DNA from: Bacteroidota bacterium
Lineage (GTDB): Bacteria; Bacteroidota; Bacteroidia; Chitinophagales; Chitinophagaceae
NCBI GenBank assembly: GCA_039795345.1
Contig: JBDKEH010000022.1
Location: forward strand, 24,992-88,991
Length of the DNA stretch: 64,000 bases
Direction of reading: 5' to 3'
Part shown: piece by piece, positions 20,497 to 29,726 of the stretch
Layout of the letters: every line of letters begins with the position of its first letter
Numbering within the stretch: the first letter of the stretch is position 1
Translations under genes and position numbers: made by a program
The notes under the pieces: generated by a model
Told to the model about the DNA's origin: nothing
Seen by the model: only the letters and a program-made list of their open reading frames with translations
The model's database searches: none

Positions 20497-21408
20497 CTAT
20501 AAGCCTTGCTCTAGCAGTATTTTTTTGATCTGCGAAACAGGTTCAACAGCAGCATTCACCCAATGGATGCTGCTGTCTTTTTTAAACCAGGTCATTTGTC
20601 TCTTTGCATACTGTCTTGTGTGTTGCTTGATCAACGTAATGGCATTGGGTAAAGAGATATTTCCATCCAAATGATCTATGATTTCCTGATACCCTACTGT
20701 TTGCAATGCATTGAGATGTTTATAGGGATACAAAGATTTCACTTCATTTAATAAACCATCTTGCATCATTTTTTCAACTCGAAGATCAATCCTTTCATTC
20801 AACATTGATCTTTCCATCTCTAATCCTATTTTCAATACTTTGAAAGGACGTTCCGCTTTTTTTCCGATTCTGAAATCAGTAATCGATCTCCCGGTTCCTT
20901 CCAATACTTCTAACGCTCGTAATAATCTGTGAGGATTTTGCTGTTCAGCCGTTTGCCAGAAGAGTGGATCACGTAGAGCTACTTCATTTTGCAACCACTG
21001 CAATCCTTTTTCTCCATAAGAGTCATTCAGTTGTTGTCTGATAGCAGGATCTATTTGTGGCATATCATCTATCCCATCACAAAAAGCCTTGATGTATAGT
21101 CCCGTTCCTCCACACACAACCGCCACCGAATGTTCTTGAAAAATGATACCTGCTTTTTGTAAAGCATAGTTTTCATACAAACCTGCATTCACATCATCGT
21201 GAATAGAATGAGATGCTATAAAATGATGAGGTATTGATGCAAGCTCATCATCAGTTGGACGTGCCACACCAATATTCATTTCACGGTAACATTGTCTTGA
21301 ATCAGCTGATATAATCTCTGTTTGAAATACTTTTGCCAACTCAATGGCAACAGCTGTTTTACCTACAGCCGTTGGACCTACAATCAATATGGCTGTATGA
21401 GAAGACAC
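20497..21408 (-). CDS. miaA: tRNA dimethylallyltransferase
   Basis: P-loop GPTAVGKT and the IISADSRQ.YR motif. Confidence 0.9.
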   Translation of the reverse strand: MSSHTAILIVGPTAVGKTAVAIELAKVFQTEIISADSRQCYREMNIGVARPTDDELASIPHHFIASHSIHDDVNAGLYENYALQKAGIIFQEHSVAVVCGGTGLYIKAFCDGIDDMPQIDPAIRQQLNDSYGEKGLQWLQNEVALRDPLFWQTAEQQNPHRLLRALEVLEGTGRSITDFRIGKKAERPFKVLKIGLEMERSMLNERIDLRVEKMMQDGLLNEVKSLYPYKHLNALQTVGYQEIIDHLDGNISLPNAITLIKQHTRQYAKRQMTWFKKDSSIHWVNAAVEPVSQIKKILLEQGL

Positions 21409-21435
21409 TAATAATGGAATATATCTGAAGTGTTA

Positions 21436-21999
21436 CTAAAAATCTTCTTCACTGCTTTCTTCTGATTCAAACTCATCGCCATCGGATTCTCCCTCCTCTC
21501 CTTCTTCACCAAATCCATCCGAAGTTTCAGTCAGGTCATATTTTTCTTCAATATCAGCAAATTTATCCCCTAACAAACTCTTAGTTCCGTATTGCTGTGG
21601 ACCAATACCTTCTACTCTTGAAACAGCGGGGTAACTTAATTTATTACTTTCTTCTTTACTCACATTGATCAACTCCACAAGGAAAGTCCAGTTCTTGGCA
21701 AAGTCGTAGATATAAATAAACTTTTGATTGGTGTCTCTGATTTCACTACCTATGATAGTTTCACTCATCAGTAAAGGCTCAGCTACATACGATTTATCAT
21801 ATCGCTCAAAACTGATCTCACGACCTCTTTGCCAGTTATCATTGCTTCTGAAGAAAGTAGCCTGATGTTTTTGATCAAATTCATAAGCTTTCAAGATCGC
21901 AAAATGCAGATCAATAAAATATTGCGTATGCTTGATCACAATATCGCGATACACCGCATCATCTTCCTCCAAATAAACCCTGAATTTCAGAACAGCCAT
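21436..21999 (-). CDS. pRiA4b ORF-3-like domain protein with an acidic C-terminal tail
   Basis: LKFRVYLEEDDAVYRDIVI..HFAILKAYEF pattern of the PRiA4_ORF3 family. The tail is GEEGEEGESDGDEFESEESSEEDF. Confidence 0.6.
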   Translation of the reverse strand: MAVLKFRVYLEEDDAVYRDIVIKHTQYFIDLHFAILKAYEFDQKHQATFFRSNDNWQRGREISFERYDKSYVAEPLLMSETIIGSEIRDTNQKFIYIYDFAKNWTFLVELINVSKEESNKLSYPAVSRVEGIGPQQYGTKSLLGDKFADIEEKYDLTETSDGFGEEGEEGESDGDEFESEESSEEDF

Positions 22000-22070
22000 T
22001 CTTTATGCTTAAATCTTTTATATAATGAATGTCAACATCCCTTGTGTTGCACGAAATGCTAAAATACAAT

Positions 22071-23498
22071 TTATTCAACGGCCTCCAAGTTCAGTTCCTT
22101 ACCCTTTTCCAACATAAATTTTCGTGCCGCTTCGTATTCATTGGGAATCACCCCATCCAGAATAGCCTCTCTAATCGCATCTTTGATAACACCTACCTGT
22201 CTGCCGGGAGTTAACCCGAATGTTGCCATGATCATTTCACCAGTGATCGGAGGCTGCCAATTTCGAATACGATCTGCATCTTCTACTTCTAGAAGTCGCT
22301 GTTTTACAAGCTCAAAATTTTGTAGATATCGCTTTACTTTATACTTATTCTTACTCGTAATATCAGCAGAACATAACATCATCAAAGCATCAATATCTTC
22401 TCCAGCATCAAAAAGTAATCTTCTCACCGCACTATCTGTAATATTCTCTTTGGTAAGACTTATGGGTCTCAAATGAAGCAAAACCAATTTCTGAACTTGC
22501 TTCATCTTTTCATTTAGAGGCAACTTGAGCTTTGTAAAAATTTTGGGCACCATTCTGGCTCCTACCACTTCGTGCCCATGAAATGTGAAACCGTGACCTT
22601 CTTCAAATTTTTTTGTTGCAGGTTTACCTATATCATGTAACAAAGCAGCCCATCTTAGCCAAAGATCATTGGTAGACATGGCCATATTATCAAGTACCTG
22701 AAGTGTATGATAAAAATTGTCTTTATGACCTAGTCCGTCTATATATTCTGCACCATGAAGGTCTACCATTTGAGGGAATATCTTTTGCAAGAGACCTGTT
22801 TTGAACAAAAGATCCCACCCAACAGATGGCTGATCACAAAGCATGATCTTATTCAACTCATCTGTGATACGCTCCTGAGAAACGATGCTGATTCGATGTA
22901 CATTGGATGAAATAGCTGCCAATGTTTCAGGAACTATGGTGTACTTGAGTTGTGCAGCAAAACGAATAGCCCTCATCATTCGTAATGGATCATCACTGAA
23001 TGTTTGAGAGGGTTGCAGTGGCGTCACTATTATTTTCTCTTGAATAGCTTGAATTCCATTGAAAGGATCAATAAGTTTTCCATAATCATCCTTATTCAGA
23101 CTAATAGCCAGAGCATTGATCGTAAAATCACGTCTATTTTGATCATCTTTAATCGTTCCAGGAGCCACTTCCGGTTTACGGCTATTTTGGGTATAGCTTT
23201 CTTTACGTGCACCTACAAACTCAATTTCGAGATCGTCAATTTTGATTTGTGCTGTTCCAAAATTTTTAAAAAAAGACACATAAGGTTTCGGCTGAAAAGC
23301 TTCTGCTACTTTATGCGCCAGTGTGATACCATCTCCAATACAAACAATATCAATATCCTTGGTAGCTCTGCCAATGATTTTATCACGCACAAAGCCTCCA
23401 ATGAGGTAACAGGGCATATTCAGTGCTGCTGCCGCCTTTCCTATTTTCTGAAAAATAAGGGCCTCTTTATCGGTACAAACAATATCCATGCGGAGCAA
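22071..23498 (-). CDS. cca: CCA tRNA nucleotidyltransferase / HD-domain protein
   Basis: PolyA_pol head GGFVRDK..DIDIV and the HD motif LLHDIGKP. Confidence 0.8.
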   Translation of the reverse strand: MLRMDIVCTDKEALIFQKIGKAAAALNMPCYLIGGFVRDKIIGRATKDIDIVCIGDGITLAHKVAEAFQPKPYVSFFKNFGTAQIKIDDLEIEFVGARKESYTQNSRKPEVAPGTIKDDQNRRDFTINALAISLNKDDYGKLIDPFNGIQAIQEKIIVTPLQPSQTFSDDPLRMMRAIRFAAQLKYTIVPETLAAISSNVHRISIVSQERITDELNKIMLCDQPSVGWDLLFKTGLLQKIFPQMVDLHGAEYIDGLGHKDNFYHTLQVLDNMAMSTNDLWLRWAALLHDIGKPATKKFEEGHGFTFHGHEVVGARMVPKIFTKLKLPLNEKMKQVQKLVLLHLRPISLTKENITDSAVRRLLFDAGEDIDALMMLCSADITSKNKYKVKRYLQNFELVKQRLLEVEDADRIRNWQPPITGEMIMATFGLTPGRQVGVIKDAIREAILDGVIPNEYEAARKFMLEKGKELNLEAVE

Positions 23499-23516
23499 AG
23501 GTAACTTGTTCCTTGT

Positions 23517-24515
23517 TTATAAGGAACTCAAGCTGTTCAATAACTGTTCTGTTTGGATGGTACGAGCACATTTGAAATGTTTTTCAGGACAAGCAGCATG
23601 ACCATGTAGCCCACAAGGTCTGCAAGAAAGATTTTCCTGACTTTCTACAACCCTACTTTGATCTGAAAGTGGACCATAACCAAATCCGGGGATTGTGGAA
23701 CAATAAATTGCTGTTACAGGAGCATTCATTGCTGAAGCAAAATGCATGGGTGCAGAATCATTGACATAATTCATCACCGCTGCTTTCATCAATGCGGCAG
23801 ATTCGAGAAAGGATAATTGTCCACTAAGATCGATCACTCTATCATTCGACTGTTTACGTATTGTATCACAAAGATGTTGATCGCTAGGTGCACCCAACAA
23901 ATAAATTGAATAATGGGCTGGCAATTGATGGATCAAATCTATCCATTGATCAGCGGGATATTGTTTTGTAAACCAAACCGAAGCGGGGGCAATACAGATA
24001 TACGGCCGTTGCTGGTAAACAGCAATCTTTTCAAAAGCTTTAGTGGTCGGGTATAACACAGGTCTACCGGCTTTTTCATCTGTAAAAGAACGGATCAATG
24101 CATGATTACGTTGTATTTCATGAGTAGCATCACCTAAACCGGAAAAATCATGCGAGATAATATCAGTAAAGAAAAAGCGAAATGGATTTTTATCAAATCC
24201 AATCTTTCTATCGGCACCGGAAAAAGCAGTAAGAAATCCTGTAGCGAAATAGCGCTGCACATTGATCACTACATCATATTTTCTTCTACGAACAATGCTC
24301 AATAATTGAAAGAGATGTTTGTATTTCGCAGATTTTTTATTCCATATCAATATTTGATGCAAAAATGGATGATCATCGAACAAGGATTCATTGCCTTTTC
24401 GAACGGCCATATCAATTTCTGCATCGGGGAAATGTTGATGAAGTTTTTCCAACAAACCTGTGGCAAGTACCACATCACCAATAAAAGCAGTTTGAATGAT
24501 CAAAATACGCTGCAT
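23517..24515 (-). CDS. Glycosyltransferase family 9 (heptosyltransferase-like)
   Basis: ILIIQTAFIGDVVLATGLL start and GT9 length and architecture. Confidence 0.8.
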   Translation of the reverse strand: MQRILIIQTAFIGDVVLATGLLEKLHQHFPDAEIDMAVRKGNESLFDDHPFLHQILIWNKKSAKYKHLFQLLSIVRRRKYDVVINVQRYFATGFLTAFSGADRKIGFDKNPFRFFFTDIISHDFSGLGDATHEIQRNHALIRSFTDEKAGRPVLYPTTKAFEKIAVYQQRPYICIAPASVWFTKQYPADQWIDLIHQLPAHYSIYLLGAPSDQHLCDTIRKQSNDRVIDLSGQLSFLESAALMKAAVMNYVNDSAPMHFASAMNAPVTAIYCSTIPGFGYGPLSDQSRVVESQENLSCRPCGLHGHAACPEKHFKCARTIQTEQLLNSLSSL

Positions 24516-24551
24516 ATGACAAAACTAATACAAACGAGCTTGTATCAGTAC

Positions 24552-24767
24552 TTACTCATACTCCAGTTCATTGCTAAAAAATTCCCAGTCAAATAATACA
24601 TAGGTTGAAATGAGATGTCGGAATCCTCTTCTTCTCTTTCGCTCTATGACCGTATTTTTCTGAAACTTTGATGAACTAATGGCATGACGCTCTAACCCCA
24701 GATTGAGGATGGCTTGCAGGAAGGGCTGCATTTTCTCAGTCGGAACATCCAGTATTACGCGTGCCAT
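24552..24767 (-). CDS. Small hypothetical protein (71 aa)
   Basis: ORF with ATG start and a basic central stretch KRRRGFR. No recognised domain; coding status not proven. Confidence 0.35.
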   Translation of the reverse strand: MARVILDVPTEKMQPFLQAILNLGLERHAISSSKFQKNTVIERKRRRGFRHLISTYVLFDWEFFSNELEYE

Positions 24768-24919
24768 AGTGTATTGCTTACTTTAAGTTTGCACTTTATT
24801 ACAACAAATACAATTAAAAGTTCAACAAAACATTTGCCAAAATCATGTGAAAACACGCTAAAGCACTCAATGACAGCTAATTAACAATTTTTGTGAGTTT
24901 CACACAGGTTTATGCACAA

Positions 24920-25510
24920 TTAGGGACGAATGATGATCAATTCACCAGTTTTATCCCATTTCACCACTGAAGAAGGTTTATAGTAATTTTCATCCGATTG
25001 TCTGTAACGTACCACATAATCAACACCTTCTTTGATCAAAGGATCAATATCTTGAAAGGATCTTGGAGCTGGATAGCCTGAAAGATTTGCAGAAGTACTT
25101 ACAATCGGCTTGCGGAAGCGTTTGATCAAATGTTTGCAGAAGGAATCAGTTGTAATACGAATCGCCACAGATCTGTCTTCTGCCAATAATTGATCGGCCA
25201 GACCAATACCGCCTTCATAAACAACTGTTATAGGCTTACTCACCCCTTTGATATAGTCAAATACTTGGAGCTCGGGTTGAGTAACATATTGAAGAATTTC
25301 TCTTTCATCAGCCATCAGTATGACCATGGGCTTATGATCAGGGCGTTGTTTTAATTGATAAATTTTCTCCACCGCTGATTCATTAGTGGCATCACATCCA
25401 ATACCCCAAATGGTATCCGTTGGATAAAGGATCAGTCCGCCTTTATCCAGTATTTCCAAACAAGCATCAATATCACTTTGAAAGGGTAGCATTGTCATTG
25501 CAATGTACAA
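24920..25510 (-). CDS. tsaC: L-threonylcarbamoyladenylate synthase (YrdC/TsaC family)
   Basis: ILYPTDTIWGIGCDA and VSTSANLSG motifs. The start may be one of the internal Met codons. Confidence 0.85.
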   Translation of the reverse strand: MYIAMTMLPFQSDIDACLEILDKGGLILYPTDTIWGIGCDATNESAVEKIYQLKQRPDHKPMVILMADEREILQYVTQPELQVFDYIKGVSKPITVVYEGGIGLADQLLAEDRSVAIRITTDSFCKHLIKRFRKPIVSTSANLSGYPAPRSFQDIDPLIKEGVDYVVRYRQSDENYYKPSSVVKWDKTGELIIIRP

Positions 25511-25557
25511 ATTGTGCCCAATATGACTTTCAGCATTTATACTTTCCCATGAACCTG

Positions 25558-25565
25558 TATGTTTG
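25558..25565 (+). promoter_or_regulatory. Bacteroidota -7 box (TATGTTTG) upstream of dapD
   Basis: Exact TAnnTTTG match 16 nt upstream of the ATG at 25581. Confidence 0.4.
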
Positions 25566-25580
25566 CAAAAATTTTAGGCA

Positions 25581-26393
25581 ATGGAACTGAAAAAATTGAT
25601 CGAAGAAGCCTGGTCAAACAGGGAACTGTTACAAAATAATACCTACAGTGATGCAGTGAGAGCTGTGATTGAAGAAGTAGATAAAGGAAGATTAAGAGTA
25701 GCCTCTCCGGAGCAGGATAAATGGGTAGTGAATGAGTGGGTCAAACAAGCAATTCTGATGTATTTCGGTATTCAGCAAATGCAGACCTGGACACTGCCTC
25801 CATTCGAATTTTATGATAAGATGTTGCTGAAAAGTAACTACAAAGAATTAGGTGTAAGAGCCGTTCCACATGCTGTTGCTCGTTATGGTGCCTATGTGGC
25901 GCGCAATGTGGTGCTAATGCCAAGCTACGTGAACATTGGAGCTTATGTAGATGAAGGTAGTATGGTAGACACATGGGCTACTGTAGGTAGTTGTGCGCAA
26001 ATAGGTAAAGGGGTTCACTTGAGTGGAGGTGTTGGCATTGGGGGCGTACTGGAACCTTTACAAGCTAGTCCGGTGATCATTGAAGATGGTTGTTTTATTG
26101 GCAGCAGATGTATTGTGGTAGAAGGTGTGATCGTTGAAAAAGAAGCCGTATTGGGAGCCAATGTTGTACTTACACAATCCACCAAGATCATTGATGTAAG
26201 TGGCGATGAACCGATTGAGTACAAAGGCCGTGTTCCTGCAAGAAGTGTAGTGATCCCCGGAAGTTATACCAAGAAATTCAATGCCGGTGAATACCAAGTG
26301 AGTTGCGCACTCATTATCGGACAACGCAAAGCCAGTACAGATCTGAAAACAAGTCTGAATGATGCTTTGAGAGATTTTAATGTGAGTGTTTAG
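25581..26393 (+). CDS. dapD: 2,3,4,5-tetrahydropyridine-2,6-dicarboxylate N-succinyltransferase
   Basis: 270 aa with a left-handed beta-helix hexapeptide region (GAYVDEGSMVDTWATVGSCAQIGKGVHLSGGVGIGG). Confidence 0.9.
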   Translation: MELKKLIEEAWSNRELLQNNTYSDAVRAVIEEVDKGRLRVASPEQDKWVVNEWVKQAILMYFGIQQMQTWTLPPFEFYDKMLLKSNYKELGVRAVPHAVARYGAYVARNVVLMPSYVNIGAYVDEGSMVDTWATVGSCAQIGKGVHLSGGVGIGGVLEPLQASPVIIEDGCFIGSRCIVVEGVIVEKEAVLGANVVLTQSTKIIDVSGDEPIEYKGRVPARSVVIPGSYTKKFNAGEYQVSCALIIGQRKASTDLKTSLNDALRDFNVSV

Positions 26394-26458
26394 TCCATAG
26401 ATCATAGTCCATGGTCCATGGACCATGGACTATGGACTATGGACCATGGTCTATGATC
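26391..26458. repeat. Loop-less palindrome made of nine consecutive NNNAT(A/G)G heptamers
   Basis: AT(A/G)G occurs at 26397, 26404, 26411, 26418, 26425, 26432, 26439, 26446 and 26453. There is a perfect 32-nt palindrome at 26403-26434, extendable to 26393-26444 with two mismatches. It overlaps the dapD stop and abuts the next start codon. Confidence 0.85.
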
Positions 26459-27403
26459 TTTTTAACTACCCTTGTGAATAATCAAATTCAAAAGATCAGT
26501 TTCATTGGTTTCCTCATCACCATCAGTGGTGCCATCTTCTTTTCAACCAAGGCCATTTTTGTTAAGATGGCTTTCCAGGATACAAAAGTGGATGCAGTGA
26601 CACTGTTGAGTTTACGAATGTTGTTTTCACTTCCATTTTATATTGGTGCAGCATGGATCGCTCACCGTAAAGAGGGTGTGGCAAAACTTACCAAAAGACA
26701 GTGGCTATGGGTATTGATCATGGGTTTGTTTGGGTATTATCTAAGTAGTTTGTTTGATTTCATAGGATTACAATATGTTTCTGCAGGATTAGAACGTTTG
26801 ATCCTTTTTTTATACCCCACTTTCGCTGTACTGATCAATACTTTTTATTTCAAGACCAAACTAAGCCGGATTCAATTATTGGCTTTGATATTGACATACA
26901 TAGGTATTGGAACTGCTTATTGGGGTGAGATCAAGTCTGCACATTATGGACCTCAGTTTTTTTATGGATCATTTATGATCTTTTTATGCGCCGTCACTTA
27001 CTCATTTTATCTTGTAGGTACAGGCAGATTGGTAAATGCTGTTGGAGCAACAAGGTATACTGCTTATGCAATGCTCGCCGCTACAGCAGGGATCTTTATT
27101 CATTTTCTCATGACACAACCGATCAGCAGTGTTGTGATGACCACATCTCTAGCAGGTTATGGTATTGCATTAGCCATCATAGCTACTGTATTACCATCTT
27201 TTATGATGAGTGTGGGCATGAAAAAGATTGGTAGCAATAATGTGGCGATCATCACAAGTATTGGCCCCGTTTCAACCATTCTACAAGCACATTTTTTTCT
27301 GGGTGAATCCATTATACTTGAGCAAATAGTGGGTACTGCACTTGTCATCATCGGCGTATTATTGATCGGATGGCAGTCAAAAATTGCATCTGAACCCAGT
27401 TAA
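26453..27403 (+). CDS. EamA/DMT-family transporter
   Basis: Ten predicted TM helices forming two EamA repeats. Start moved to the ATG at 26453 to exclude translation of the palindrome. Confidence 0.8.
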   Translation: MIFLTTLVNNQIQKISFIGFLITISGAIFFSTKAIFVKMAFQDTKVDAVTLLSLRMLFSLPFYIGAAWIAHRKEGVAKLTKRQWLWVLIMGLFGYYLSSLFDFIGLQYVSAGLERLILFLYPTFAVLINTFYFKTKLSRIQLLALILTYIGIGTAYWGEIKSAHYGPQFFYGSFMIFLCAVTYSFYLVGTGRLVNAVGATRYTAYAMLAATAGIFIHFLMTQPISSVVMTTSLAGYGIALAIIATVLPSFMMSVGMKKIGSNNVAIITSIGPVSTILQAHFFLGESIILEQIVGTALVIIGVLLIGWQSKIASEPS

Positions 27404-27478
27404 TTGATTGGATTATTTTTTTACCGACATTTTCCCGCCACTTACCGCCTTCACGCCTGCTATTACCTAATTCCACTT

Positions 27479-27507
27479 TTGAAGGGTTAGCTGCAACTAT
27501 AGTTTTG
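27479..27507 (+). promoter_or_regulatory. Candidate promoter (-33 TTG, 18-nt spacer, -7 TAGTTTTG) for the LiaF-like/DUF4288/LytS/LytTR genes
   Basis: TTG at 27479-27481 and TAGTTTTG at 27500-27507, 18 nt before the ATG at 27525. Confidence 0.45.
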
Positions 27508-27524
27508 TGCTAAATCATTGAAAT

Positions 27525-28283
27525 ATGAAAAATAACAGCTACGATATCAGAAATTATAATGACAGATTCTTTACAGGAATCGTCCTCATCCTAGTAGGAG
27601 GCGCTATCTTATTAAAACGATTGGGAGTGCCCTTTCCCGGCTGGTTATACGACTGGTCAGCCATTGTAATTCTGATCGGATTAATCTCCGGCATCAAAGT
27701 AAAATTCAAAGGAGTATCCTGGATCATCTTTACTGTTGTGGGTGTATTCTTTATGTTGGATGAGCTTGTGAAAGACATGAATATTCGTCCGTTCATTTGG
27801 CCTGCATTGATAATCGGCATTGGTTTAATTTTCTTGTTACGACCCAAAAGAAAAACCATTAATGTCCAAGACACCGAAGAAAGTGTACCGACTGCATTTA
27901 CAGAAATAAAACCTTATGATACAGAAGTAAATGTTGCAATGGATGATTATATTGAATGTACTTCTGTATTTGGTGAAGTGAAAAAATTGGTGACTTCCAA
28001 AAGCTTTAAAGGAGGTGAAGTGGTTTGCTTTATGGGAGGTTCACAGATCAATCTTTCACAAGCAGATATACAAGGACCTGTTTTTTTGGAAGTAACGATC
28101 GTTTTTGGAGGAACCAAATTGGTGGTGCCTCCCAATTGGGAAATCAGATCCGAATCTGTAGCAGTCTTTGCAGGTATTGAAGACAAAAGAAATCTCTTAC
28201 CTGGAAGTCGCTTCGATCCTAACAAGGTATTGATCATCAAGGGCACTTCGGTATTTGGCGGTATAGAGATCAAAAGTTTTTAA
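27525..28283 (+). CDS. LiaF-like membrane protein (cell-wall-active antibiotic response family)
   Basis: N-terminal multi-TM region plus a C-terminal beta-rich domain, with the VFGG..I repeat near the end (VFGGTKLVVP, SVFGGIEIKSF). Confidence 0.65.
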   Translation: MKNNSYDIRNYNDRFFTGIVLILVGGAILLKRLGVPFPGWLYDWSAIVILIGLISGIKVKFKGVSWIIFTVVGVFFMLDELVKDMNIRPFIWPALIIGIGLIFLLRPKRKTINVQDTEESVPTAFTEIKPYDTEVNVAMDDYIECTSVFGEVKKLVTSKSFKGGEVVCFMGGSQINLSQADIQGPVFLEVTIVFGGTKLVVPPNWEIRSESVAVFAGIEDKRNLLPGSRFDPNKVLIIKGTSVFGGIEIKSF

Positions 28284-28304
28284 CCAACCCAATCTTCTTC
28301 AACC

Positions 28305-28661
28305 ATGGAATGGTACCTTGCGAAACTTGTTTACCGCTTTCAGCCTGTAACAGAAAAAGGCGCAGTTCATTTTGAGGAACAGCTCAGATTATTGGAGGCA
28401 GAAGATGAATTACATGCTTTTCACAAAGCACAGCTAATAGGCAGTCAGGAAGAATGTCATTTGAAAGACGATAACAATGGTATTCACTGGCATTTTATTG
28501 ACGTTATACAATTATTGAGATTACACCAACAGATGGATGGCGCAGAAGTCTTATCGCAGCCTTATACGACTACAGACCCGGAAGGATACCAAAAAAAAAT
28601 CAGGTTAAAAGCTGCATATTTGTTATCAGACTGTACTGATCAATTTCTTCAATCACGATAA
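28305..28661 (+). CDS. DUF4288 domain protein
   Basis: The MEWYLAKLVYRF start is typical of DUF4288. 118 aa. Confidence 0.6.
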   Translation: MEWYLAKLVYRFQPVTEKGAVHFEEQLRLLEAEDELHAFHKAQLIGSQEECHLKDDNNGIHWHFIDVIQLLRLHQQMDGAEVLSQPYTTTDPEGYQKKIRLKAAYLLSDCTDQFLQSR

Positions 28662-28664
28662 TAC

Positions 28665-29726
28665 ATGGTAACATCCATTACAAAAGGACGAAGTTTTTAT
28701 CTTGCTTTTACCTCTTGGTGGATGGTATGGACAGTGATACATGTATGGGTGTTGGGTGAATATCAAATTGCTCCTTTATCAGCATTCACAGATGCTGCGA
28801 TCTCCAATATTTTACTGGCATCATTTTGTTTGCTTGTAGTAAACAATATGCAATACTATTTACCTAGAAAAGAAAGATATTGGTATATACTCATCGTGAG
28901 TTTGGTATTGAGCAGTATCTATCTATTCTTAGGAAGATTGATACTTCGCTTTTTTTTCAAGGAAGATGAGGGTTATCTAACTTTATTGAAACAATCATTT
29001 TATATCAGGTATATCACCGGATTTTTAATGATTGGCTGTATGTCAATGATCAGTTTGTTATGGTATACATTGAAAGAACAACAAGAAAATGAGCAAAGGA
29101 AAGAGGAAGCAGAAAAAATTGCCAAAGATGCAGAGTTGCTAAAACTCAGACAACAATTACAACCACATTTTCTATTCAATAGTTTGAATTCCATCAGCGC
29201 GCTTGCAGGAACTCAACCGGAGAAAGCAAGGCATATGATTCAACAGTTATCTGATTTTTTGCGAGGCACTTTGAAGAAAGAGGAACATCAATTAGTGAGT
29301 TTGAGGGAAGAATTGCATCATCTTGAATTATACCTTGAAATAGAGAAAGTACGTTTTGGTCATCGATTACAAACTGTTATGAAGATTGATGATAAGGCAG
29401 CAGATATGATGATACCTACCTTATTATTACAACCTGTAGTAGAGAATGCGATCAAATTTGGGTTGTATGATACTACTGAGGAAGTATTGATCAGTATCAG
29501 TGCCGCCGCAACTAATGATCAGTTATTAGAAATAACCATCCAAAATCCTTTCGATCCATTGACAACAGGTCATACACACGGAACCGGTTTTGGACTGGCA
29601 TCTATTTCACGGAGATTGTATTTGCTGTTTGCTCGACAGGATTTAATTCGAACAGAAAAACAAGAACAGTTATTTTCAACACATATCGCTATACCACAGT
29701 TTAACCATGAAAGTAATCATCATTGA
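28665..29726 (+). CDS. LytS/YehU-type sensor histidine kinase
   Basis: Multi-TM N-terminus, His_kinase H-box QLQPHFLFNSLNSI and an HATPase_c G-box GTGFGL. Confidence 0.9.
   Translation: MVTSITKGRSFYLAFTSWWMVWTVIHVWVLGEYQIAPLSAFTDAAISNILLASFCLLVVNNMQYYLPRKERYWYILIVSLVLSSIYLFLGRLILRFFFKEDEGYLTLLKQSFYIRYITGFLMIGCMSMISLLWYTLKEQQENEQRKEEAEKIAKDAELLKLRQQLQPHFLFNSLNSISALAGTQPEKARHMIQQLSDFLRGTLKKEEHQLVSLREELHHLELYLEIEKVRFGHRLQTVMKIDDKAADMMIPTLLLQPVVENAIKFGLYDTTEEVLISISAAATNDQLLEITIQNPFDPLTTGHTHGTGFGLASISRRLYLLFARQDLIRTEKQEQLFSTHIAIPQFNHESNHH

Noticed and set aside
22141-23504. Two long plus-strand ORFs (111 aa and 166 aa) inside the cca gene
   Set aside because: They are shadow ORFs antisense to a motif-verified CDS, with low-complexity I/F/S/N-rich translations.
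24552-24767. Toxin-antitoxin interpretation of the 71-aa ORF
   Set aside because: There is no adjacent partner ORF of suitable size on either side and no recognisable toxin or antitoxin fold motif.
26411-26452. N-terminal extension MVHGPWTMDYGPWS of the EamA transporter ORF
   Set aside because: It is the literal translation of the heptamer palindrome; the 7-aa periodicity mirrors the 7-nt repeat. The ATG at 26453 gives a normal TM start.
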